A stretch of 64,000 nucleotides of DNA, from positions 93,006 to 157,005 of the forward strand of contig CABYCL010000001.1 of assembly GCA_902517505.1 (NCBI GenBank), written 5' to 3'. Source of the DNA: an uncultured SAR86 cluster bacterium (GTDB taxonomy: Bacteria; Pseudomonadota; Gammaproteobacteria; Magnimaribacterales; D2472). The translations under genes and the position numbers were made by a program. Below the pieces are notes generated by a model. That model was not told where the DNA came from and did no database searches. It was given only the letters and a program-made list of their open reading frames with translations. Of this stretch, positions 56,887 through 64,000 are shown in pieces (the first letter of the stretch is position 1; each line of letters starts with the position of its first letter).

Positions 56887-57903
56887 ATGACACTTAATAA
56901 TATTGAAGAAATAGCTAGCTTTATAGTTGAAGATGGAAAAGGTATTCTTGCAGCGGATGAGAGCAATCCAACCTGTGGGAAAAGATTTGATTCTATAGGC
57001 GTTGAATCAACAGAAGAAAATAGAAGAGACTATAGAGAAATGCTTTTTAGATCAAAAGGCATGAATGGCAATATTGGCGGCGTAATACTTTTCGATGAAA
57101 CCATAAGACAGACATCAGAAGACGGAACGCTGCTTAGAGATTTAATTTTGAATCAAGGCGCCCTTCCTGGAATTAAAGTCGATAAGGGATTGCAACCAAT
57201 TGAAGATTGCCCAGGCGAGACGGTAACTATCGGACTAGATGGCTTGGACGAAAGACTAAAAGAGTATGCATCAATGGAAGCAAAATTCACAAAATGGAGA
57301 GCTGTTATCAATATTGGTGATGGAATCCCAACAGATAAATGTATTGATGCAAATATGCAGGCCTTAGCTGATTATGCAAAATGTGCCCAAGATAACGGAA
57401 TGGTTCCAATAGTTGAGCCTGAAGTGTTAATGGATGGAGAACATTCTATCGACGATTGTTTTGCAGCAACTGATCGGTCATTAAAATCTCTATTTGCTCA
57501 TTTAGAAAAGAATGACGTTAATATCAAAGGAACACTTTTAAAGCCTAACATGGTTACTTCTGGAAAAGATTCTAATGATCAAGCAGGGATTGATGAAGTG
57601 GCAACAAAAACCTTGGAATGCCTAATTAAAAATGTTCCTGCAGAACTTCCAGGGATAACTTTTCTTTCTGGAGGTCAGTCAGATATTCTTGCAACAGCCC
57701 ATCTAGATGCTATGAATAAAATTGGAGGTTTTTCATGGAAGTTAAGTTTTTCTTATGGAAGAGCTCTTCAAGCGGCAGCCTTAAAAGCTTGGAGTGGAAA
57801 ACCAGAAAATGTATTCATTTCTCAAGATGAATTATCTCATAGGGCAGAGATGAACAAACTTGCTTCTCTTGGCCAATGGGAAGAAGAACTTGAAGACAGA
57901 TAA
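56887..57903 (+). CDS. Fructose-bisphosphate aldolase, class I
   Basis: 338 aa. LAADES at the N-terminus and Schiff-base lysine context LLKPNMV are typical of class I (animal/plant type) aldolases. Confidence 0.88.
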   Translation: MTLNNIEEIASFIVEDGKGILAADESNPTCGKRFDSIGVESTEENRRDYREMLFRSKGMNGNIGGVILFDETIRQTSEDGTLLRDLILNQGALPGIKVDKGLQPIEDCPGETVTIGLDGLDERLKEYASMEAKFTKWRAVINIGDGIPTDKCIDANMQALADYAKCAQDNGMVPIVEPEVLMDGEHSIDDCFAATDRSLKSLFAHLEKNDVNIKGTLLKPNMVTSGKDSNDQAGIDEVATKTLECLIKNVPAELPGITFLSGGQSDILATAHLDAMNKIGGFSWKLSFSYGRALQAAALKAWSGKPENVFISQDELSHRAEMNKLASLGQWEEELEDR

Positions 57904-57906
57904 AAT

Positions 57907-58344
57907 TTGTTAGCCACCGCTCAAATAGTTTCAAGTGCTGAAATTATCATTGATGATAAAACTTTTTCTTCTATCGGAAGTGGCTGCTTGCTCTTTGTAT
58001 GTATTGAAGAAAGCGATTCTTTTGAGAAAGTTAAAGAAATGACTAACAAGATAATAAATTTCAGAATGCTTGATGGTCCAAAAGGCATATCATCAAAATC
58101 TTTAAAAGATTCTAATGAAGAGGTTTTGATTGTTAGCCAATTTACTTTAGCTGCAATCACTAACAAAGGCACCAAGCCAAGTTTTCACAAAGCCGCTAAA
58201 CCTGATGAGGCAAAATTATTGTATGATAAATTTTTAACAGAGTTTAGAAACTCATTTCCTAAAGTTAAAGAAGGAAAGTTTGGGGCATTTATGGAAATTA
58301 ATTTGGTCAACAAAGGACCAGTAACTTTTAACTTTAAAACTTAA
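57907..58344 (+). CDS. dtd: D-aminoacyl-tRNA deacylase
   Basis: 145 aa, TTG start, with SQFTL and NKGPVT motifs. Confidence 0.85.
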   Translation: MLATAQIVSSAEIIIDDKTFSSIGSGCLLFVCIEESDSFEKVKEMTNKIINFRMLDGPKGISSKSLKDSNEEVLIVSQFTLAAITNKGTKPSFHKAAKPDEAKLLYDKFLTEFRNSFPKVKEGKFGAFMEINLVNKGPVTFNFKT

Positions 58345-58351
58345 ATAATTT

Positions 58352-58933
58352 ATGAAGAATATTTCAATTTTTTGTGGAGCGCATGAGGGCAAAAATCCAG
58401 AATATGCTAAAGCAGCTAAGTCTATTGCAGAATTAATTGCTAAAAAAGGAATCAACGTAGTTTTTGGAGGAGGTAATGTTGGCCTTATGAAAATTATTTC
58501 TGATACTGCTTTGGATAATGGAGTTGAAGTTTTAGGAATATCTCTTGAATCACTGCATGCGTTAGAGCTTGCTAATCCGAGATTAAACGAGATAGTTGTA
58601 TCAAAGACTCTACTTGATAGAAAAGATGAGTTTATGTCTAGATCAGACGCATTTATTGTTTTACCTGGCGGTGTGGGATCATTGGATGAGCTTGCAGAGA
58701 TTATGGCAAGCAACCAATTAGGAATCATAAATAAACCTGTTGGTATTCTTAATACTGATGGATATTATGATTATCTAATTAAATGGTTTAATAAAGCAGT
58801 TGATGAGGGATTTATTTCATCTGAAAATTTAAAAGAATTATTAATTTCTGACTACCCAGATGAGCTAGTAGAGATGGTTGTAAATCATCAGAAACCCTCA
58901 GATGACAACTGGACAAAAAGGCTTGGCTTATAA
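58352..58933 (+). CDS. LOG family (TIGR00730) nucleotide phosphoribohydrolase
   Basis: 193 aa with GGGNVGLM and PGGVGSLDE motifs. Confidence 0.8.
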   Translation: MKNISIFCGAHEGKNPEYAKAAKSIAELIAKKGINVVFGGGNVGLMKIISDTALDNGVEVLGISLESLHALELANPRLNEIVVSKTLLDRKDEFMSRSDAFIVLPGGVGSLDELAEIMASNQLGIINKPVGILNTDGYYDYLIKWFNKAVDEGFISSENLKELLISDYPDELVEMVVNHQKPSDDNWTKRLGL

Positions 58934-58936
58934 TTA

Positions 58937-59527
58937 ATGTCTCATGAAGAGATCAGGGTAATAATTGTTGTTTACTTAGCAGTTTTTTTACCACTTATAA
59001 TTTATTTTAAAAATAAAACTAAATCACCTAATTGGATTCCAACTTTTTATATTATTGGCGTAGCAGTTTGTGCACTAGGTTGGGAACTTTGGTTTACCTA
59101 TGGTTGGATAGACGGAGATTCAGTAGATATAAGAAGATCTGAAGCTTTAAATAAGTGGTTACCAAAGAATGCGAATTGGTTAATGAACTCTATGGGAGAT
59201 GCTGGAACTGTTTTATTAGGCGGTACATGGCTTATGTGGATATCTCATAGAAAAGATTCAATAGTTTTTAAGAAATGGAAATGGAGTGCCTTCAGCGTTT
59301 TAATGTTCTGGTGCGTTGGTCAAAATATTCTAGTTGAGATGTTTTTGTATCATGATCAATTAGCAGATGGTAAGCCTTTATCATGGGCTCCCCTATCGCC
59401 ACTTGGACCATACTTTAATCCCATACTTTTTGAATTTAACGACCGAACAATCATGCTCCAATCTCAAATGCCTTGGTTAATATTGCCATGGTTTTTTTAC
59501 CGAACTTTAATAAATCTTAATAAATAA
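58937..59527 (+). CDS. Hypothetical Trp-rich integral membrane protein
   Basis: 196 aa with several hydrophobic segments and many W residues. I recognise no family motif. Confidence 0.4.
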   Translation: MSHEEIRVIIVVYLAVFLPLIIYFKNKTKSPNWIPTFYIIGVAVCALGWELWFTYGWIDGDSVDIRRSEALNKWLPKNANWLMNSMGDAGTVLLGGTWLMWISHRKDSIVFKKWKWSAFSVLMFWCVGQNILVEMFLYHDQLADGKPLSWAPLSPLGPYFNPILFEFNDRTIMLQSQMPWLILPWFFYRTLINLNK

Positions 59528-60253
59528 TTATTTCTCTTTAGAGAAAAGAATTCCAATTTCAAATAAAGCCCACATAGGAATTGCAAGAAATAATTGTGAG
59601 AATACATCAGGTGGAGTTAATAGCATTCCAATAACCAAGAAAAGTACAATCAAATATGGCCTTGCTTTAACTAAAGATGCTTTTGAAGTTATACCACTAT
59701 TTACTAGAAGGATAGTTGCTATTGGAATTTCAAAAGCTATGCCAAAAGCAAAAACAAGTTTAAAAATAAAGGTTAAATATTGACTTATGTCTGTCATCAC
59801 TTGAATGGAATCTGGCGCCATCCCAATAAAGAATTTAAAGATAATTGGACAAACTATAAAAAAAGCAAAGCTAACACCACTAAAAAATAAAATTACAGTT
59901 GAAAGCATTAATGGCGCAGTAAATTTTTTTTCGTTTTTATACAACCCAGGAGATATAAACATCCACGTTTGGTAAAACAGCCATGGCATTGAAAACAAAA
60001 GAGCCACATATATGACCAACTTAATTGGTGCCATGAATGGTGAAGCAACTTCAGTTGCAATCATAGAGCTTCCATCAGGGAGCAAGCTTATTAAAGGAGC
60101 TGCAACAAATGAATATATTTCAGCTGCAAATGGAATACCTATGATTACAAAAACACCAAATAGGATTATAAATTTTAGCAATCGAGCTCTGAGTTCAAGC
60201 AAGTGATTTGAGACAGACTCTTTAGTCATTTTTTGAATCTTTATTGTTTTCAA
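59528..60253 (-). CDS. tatC: Sec-independent protein translocase TatC
   Basis: 241 aa six-TM protein with HLLELRARL near the N-terminus. An alternative start is ATG 60229. Confidence 0.92.
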   Translation of the reverse strand: MKTIKIQKMTKESVSNHLLELRARLLKFIILFGVFVIIGIPFAAEIYSFVAAPLISLLPDGSSMIATEVASPFMAPIKLVIYVALLFSMPWLFYQTWMFISPGLYKNEKKFTAPLMLSTVILFFSGVSFAFFIVCPIIFKFFIGMAPDSIQVMTDISQYLTFIFKLVFAFGIAFEIPIATILLVNSGITSKASLVKARPYLIVLFLVIGMLLTPPDVFSQLFLAIPMWALFEIGILFSKEK

Positions 60254-60467
60254 GCTCTTCCATTCTTAATTCATTAAAAACATCTTTTTTGAGTTCATCA
60301 GTTCCAATATCTTTTTCAATGTCTTTTTTGAAGGCGCCTAGCTTGCTTTCAATTCTTTTATAAAACTTAATTAGTGTTTTGATAACCTCAGGCAATCTTT
60401 TAGGACCAATAATTATGAGCCCTAATATAAAAATAATTAGAATTTCAAGAAAGCCAATTTGAAACAA
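60222..60467 (-). CDS. tatB: Sec-independent translocase TatB
   Basis: 81 aa, TTG start. MFQIGFLEILIIFILGLIIIGPKRLP matches the TatB N-terminus. Confidence 0.8.
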   Translation of the reverse strand: MFQIGFLEILIIFILGLIIIGPKRLPEVIKTLIKFYKRIESKLGAFKKDIEKDIGTDELKKDVFNELRMEELENNKDSKND

Positions 60468-60469
60468 TT

Positions 60470-60634
60470 TTAGTCTTCTTCTTTTTTAGAATCTTCTTTT
60501 ACTGCTTTTTTAAAGCCTTTTATGCTAGAACCCAAGTCTGATCCAAGAGACTTAAGTTTTCCACTACCAAATATAAGAAGCACGACAACTAAGATAATTA
60601 ATAATTGCCATATACTTATTCCGCCAAAACCCAT
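60470..60634 (-). CDS. tatA: Sec-independent translocase TatA
   Basis: Not in the ORF track (54 aa). Hand translation gives [54 protein letters not shown]. Confidence 0.9.
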   Translation of the reverse strand: MGFGGISIWQLLIILVVVLLIFGSGKLKSLGSDLGSSIKGFKKAVKEDSKKEED

Positions 60635-60642
60635 AAAAACTC

Positions 60643-62124
60643 CTAAGTAACTATTAGTATAATAGCTATAACTACAATTATACCTAAACCAAATACTCTA
60701 TTAAGATATTTTTGTTTAGATAATTGCTTTTCCAAATCTTTAACTTTGTCATTATTTACATGCTTGTTATTAGAATAGCTTCTTATTTCATCAAGAGTTT
60801 CAAAAATAATAGTTGGAATTTCTGATGCCTTGAGCAAAATATCTTCTTTGTTTTCAATAATATAATCCTTCAATTTTAATGGACTAAATTGTTCATTTAA
60901 CCAATTATCAAGATAAGGCTCTGCAATACCCCAAAAATCAAGATCAGGATATATTTGCCTTCCCATGCCCTCGATATGAATCAGTGTTTTTTGCAATAAC
61001 ACAAGAGAAGTCTGTAGCGATAATCCATATTGCCTTGTGCTTTGAAAGAGATATAAAAGCAATTTACCAAACTCAATTTCTGATAAGGGTTTTTCAAATA
61101 TAGGTTCACAACAAGCTCTTAAAGTATTTTCAAGTTCAATATTATTAGTATTTACATCAACCCATCCTGAAGTTATAAATAAATTAGCTAGAGTTTTATA
61201 GTTCTGTTTCAGGACAGACTGCAACATCCTTGCCAGAATATATCTTTCCTCATTTGATAAGGATCCTGTTATTGCGCAATCGACCGCAATATATCCTGGA
61301 TTTTCAACATTTGTCTTTGAAACAAAAATATTTCCAGGATGCATATCCGCATGAAAGAAGTTATCTCTAAATACTTGATTAAGAAATATCATTACCCCAT
61401 TTTCAGCGAGCAATTTTTTATTTATGCCATATTTTTCTATTTGCTGAATATCCGTACATGGAATGCCATCTATTTTTTCAAGAACCATAACTTTAGAAGT
61501 TGTTAAATCCCAATATACTTCTGGTATATATAATTCACTCGAATTTAAAAAATTTTTTCTAGTGAGATTTGTATTAGAAGCTTCTAGCTTTAAATCTAAT
61601 TCTTTTCTTATCGTAGATTCATAATCTAGAACAACCTCATTTGGTTTTAACCGATAACTGTCTTTATAAACATAAGAAAATATTTTTGCAGATGCTTTAA
61701 GTAATCTGAGATTATTTTTAACCTTTTTTTCTATGTTTGGTCTAAGAACTTTGATGACAACTTGGTCACCATTTTTAAGTTTTGCAGTATGAACTTGTGC
61801 TAATGACGCCGCCGCTAAAGGCTCTTTGTCGAACGATTCAAAGATATTTTCAATTGAATCGCCAAGTTCTGACTCGACTATATTGATAAGTTTATCAACA
61901 TTAAATGGCTTGCAGCTATCTGTTAAGCTTTCTAATTCTTTTGCCGTTTCTGCGTCAAGTATATCTGTTCTGGTAGAAAGCAGCTGTCCAAATTTTGTAA
62001 ATATTGGACCTAAAGACTCTAAATATGAGGCAAGCTTATTTCCATTAGGGTTATAAAATATTCCTTTTTGAACGCCAATGATAGACATTCTCAATAATTC
62101 ATAAATGACAACTATAAAATTCAT
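60643..62124 (-). CDS. ubiB: Ubiquinone biosynthesis protein kinase-like UbiB (ABC1/ADCK family)
   Basis: 493 aa with [34 protein letters not shown] and a C-terminal TM. Context is ubiE-ubiJ-ubiB-tatABC. Confidence 0.9.
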   Translation of the reverse strand: MNFIVVIYELLRMSIIGVQKGIFYNPNGNKLASYLESLGPIFTKFGQLLSTRTDILDAETAKELESLTDSCKPFNVDKLINIVESELGDSIENIFESFDKEPLAAASLAQVHTAKLKNGDQVVIKVLRPNIEKKVKNNLRLLKASAKIFSYVYKDSYRLKPNEVVLDYESTIRKELDLKLEASNTNLTRKNFLNSSELYIPEVYWDLTTSKVMVLEKIDGIPCTDIQQIEKYGINKKLLAENGVMIFLNQVFRDNFFHADMHPGNIFVSKTNVENPGYIAVDCAITGSLSNEERYILARMLQSVLKQNYKTLANLFITSGWVDVNTNNIELENTLRACCEPIFEKPLSEIEFGKLLLYLFQSTRQYGLSLQTSLVLLQKTLIHIEGMGRQIYPDLDFWGIAEPYLDNWLNEQFSPLKLKDYIIENKEDILLKASEIPTIIFETLDEIRSYSNNKHVNNDKVKDLEKQLSKQKYLNRVFGLGIIVVIAIILIVT

Positions 62125-62627
62125 ATCACCTTTAGCGCTTCGAGCCTATCTAGTCTAATTGAAATATCTCTAAGTCGCTTTCTAATATTTTTATATTCGA
62201 TATCTGAATTATCATCAGACGAATTAAATATCTTTAAAACACTATATGCAAGAATAGCTGGCACGTCTCCAAAATATTTATCAATTAAGTAAACAACATC
62301 AACATTTGACTTAAGAATAATATTAACAAAAATGACAGCCAGTTCTGAATCCCCATAAATTAAATTTTTATTTAATTTTTTTGTCGCTAATAGGCTCAAT
62401 AACTCAATAAGAGATCCTTTTATCTCAAATTGATAATTATTTTTTGAAAAAGAAATATTAGAACCCTCATCATCAATCTTGATGAAGATGTTTTTATGCT
62501 CTTTGATATTTAAGCAGAACTCTATTGGTGAAATTTCTTCTAAAGATTTTTTAAGATTTGGAGATGATTCTTTAAGGTCTTTAAGAAATCTTACAAATAA
62601 TTTATTTAAATCAATCATTATAAGCAA
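62121..62627 (-). CDS. ubiJ: Probable ubiquinone biosynthesis accessory factor UbiJ (SCP2-like)
   Basis: 168 aa. Lies between ubiE and ubiB as in E. coli. Call is mainly positional. Confidence 0.55.
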   Translation of the reverse strand: MLIMIDLNKLFVRFLKDLKESSPNLKKSLEEISPIEFCLNIKEHKNIFIKIDDEGSNISFSKNNYQFEIKGSLIELLSLLATKKLNKNLIYGDSELAVIFVNIILKSNVDVVYLIDKYFGDVPAILAYSVLKIFNSSDDNSDIEYKNIRKRLRDISIRLDRLEALKVI

Positions 62628-63351
62628 TATGTATAGCCACTATCCCATTTAAAAGATTATAGAATTTGCATTCATTAAATCCGGACTCAATAATTATTTT
62701 TTTTAGCGATTCTTGGTCGGGATGCATTCTTATTGATTCAGCAAGGTATTGATAGCTTTCTGAGTCATTTGCAAGTATTGATCCAAGTTTTGGAAGTATA
62801 TTAAAAGAATACCAATCATATATTTTTGAGAATACAGGATTGATTGGCTTAGAAAATTCTAATACCATCAGCTTTCCCTTTTTAGAAAGGCATCTTCTCA
62901 TTTCTGAAAGTCCCTTTTCTTTATCTGTAAAATTTCTTAGTCCAAATCCAACTGTAATTAAATCAAAAGATCGGTCTTTAAAAGGCAAATTTTCACCGCT
63001 TAGTTGGCAGAAAGAACAATTGGAATCAAAGGCCTCGTCAATTGCCCTATTTCTACCCTCATTAAGCATGTCATAGTTGATATCACTCATATAAATGTTT
63101 GTACTAGGGTATTCTTGTGATATCAATTTTGAAATATCTCCTGTACCACTTGCGATATCTAAAATAATGTCCTTTTCTCCAATTGCAGCAAGCTCAACTA
63201 AAATTTTCTTCCATAGCCTATGCATTCCAAAAGACATCGCATCATTCATAATGTCATAATTCTTTGCTACAGAAGTAAACACATCTCCAACATATTTACT
63301 TTTTTTAGCCTCATCAACTTCGCGGTATCCAAAATGAGTCTTTTTATTCAT
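62611..63351 (-). CDS. ubiE: Demethylmenaquinone/ubiquinone C-methyltransferase UbiE
   Basis: Homology starts at MNKKTHFGYREVDEAKK... ATG 63351 is used, with ATG 63360 as an alternative. The track ORF extension to 63489 overlaps rsgA. SAM motif LDIASGTGD. Confidence 0.9.
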   Translation of the reverse strand: MNKKTHFGYREVDEAKKSKYVGDVFTSVAKNYDIMNDAMSFGMHRLWKKILVELAAIGEKDIILDIASGTGDISKLISQEYPSTNIYMSDINYDMLNEGRNRAIDEAFDSNCSFCQLSGENLPFKDRSFDLITVGFGLRNFTDKEKGLSEMRRCLSKKGKLMVLEFSKPINPVFSKIYDWYSFNILPKLGSILANDSESYQYLAESIRMHPDQESLKKIIIESGFNECKFYNLLNGIVAIHIAYND

Positions 63352-63352
63352 A

Positions 63353-64000
63353 TTACCCATGATCTCTAAATTTAATAAAGTTATTGTATCTGCTTTGATT
63401 AATTTGACCATTAGCCAAACTTTCAAGGACAAAACATCCTTCATTATTAATGTGGTTACAATCTGAAAATTTACAATATTTTGCAGCAACTAGAATTTCT
63501 TCGAATCCATTAATAATTTGTTCTTTTGGATAATCAGTTATTTCAATGTCTCGCATTCCAGGCGAATCAATAATTTTTATATTATCCTCAATTTCATAAA
63601 GAGAAGATATGGAAGTTGTATGGACTCCTTGATCATTAGATAGGGCATTTGTTTTTAGATTTTTTCCAATAAGCCTAGATGAGAGAGTCGATTTACCAGC
63701 ACCTGAATTACCTACAAAAAGAGAACATTTATCTTTTAAAAAATTTATAAGCTCTCCAATATTATCACCATGCTTCGCAGAACAATTAATGACTTTGATA
63801 TTAATTTTTTTATAAATATCCAGTTTATCCTTATATTCCCTATCAGAATCGGCATCAATTTTGTTATTTATAATGAAAGGTTCGATATTTGATAATTTTG
63901 ATTTTAATATCCATTTATCAATAAATTCTGTAGAGGTTTTTGGTTTAGGTGTAACAATAATACCAACATGACTTATGTTAGCTGCAAATAATTTTCTTTT
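63353..64000 (-). CDS. rsgA: Ribosome small-subunit-dependent GTPase A, C-terminal part (gene runs off the window end)
   Basis: Frame is open from 64000 down to the TAA at 63355..63353. Walker A GNSGAGKST and the C-terminal zinc knuckle CKFSDCNHINNEGC are present. Confidence 0.85.
   Translation of the reverse strand, partial: KRKLFAANISHVGIIVTPKPKTSTEFIDKWILKSKLSNIEPFIINNKIDADSDREYKDKLDIYKKINIKVINCSAKHGDNIGELINFLKDKCSLFVGNSGAGKSTLSSRLIGKNLKTNALSNDQGVHTTSISSLYEIEDNIKIIDSPGMRDIEITDYPKEQIINGFEEILVAAKYCKFSDCNHINNEGCFVLESLANGQINQSRYNNFIKFRDHG

Noticed and set aside
62611-63489. 292-aa UbiE ORF with a 46-residue N-terminal extension
   Set aside because: The extension overlaps the rsgA C-terminus in another frame. 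UbiE homology begins at MNKKTHFGY (ATG 63351).

Overview
AT-rich, very compact (about 95% coding) bacterial chromosome segment. Gene order is gammaproteobacterial and spans the dnaA region. It reads: atpA'-atpHFEBI, parB, parA, rsmG, mnmG | mnmE, yidC, rnpA, rpmH (all minus strand), then dnaA-dnaN-recF-gyrB (plus strand). Housekeeping blocks follow: plsC-like, glyQS, lpxL-like, trkH-trkA, fmt-def, and purE-tsaC-hemF-aroE-yheV. Next is a complete aa3 cytochrome oxidase biogenesis cluster (coxB-coxA-ctaG-coxC-DUF2909-SURF1-hyp-cox15-cyoE-SCO1). After it come qor, gshA, pckA, dsbB, polA, engB / cytochrome c4-dsbA-pseudoazurin, and ubiK-yigB-xerC-yigA-dapF-lysA-lptM. The window ends with ahcY-metK, tkt-pgk-fba(class I)-dtd-LOG, tatCBA-ubiB-ubiJ-ubiE and a partial rsgA. 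The composition and synteny fit a genome-streamlined marine gammaproteobacterium; the lineage cannot be named from sequence alone. I found no rRNA, tRNA, CRISPR array, transposase, integrase-bounded island or defence-type genes. Three short genes missing from the ORF track were recovered by hand: rpmH, tatA and an LptM-like lipoprotein. A near-consensus parS lies inside recF and a perfect DnaA box lies upstream of dnaA. The most unusual signal is compositional. The about 6 kb around the mnmG-mnmE spacer shows a strong mirror-image G+T versus A+C strand bias in genes that all lie on the same strand. Its polarity is opposite to a textbook origin, and the spacer has no recognisable DnaA boxes. 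Smaller oddities are a GyrB lacking the proteobacterial insertion, a dimeric-type GlyRS, a short COQ4-motif protein, and a long inverted repeat over the pckA start.
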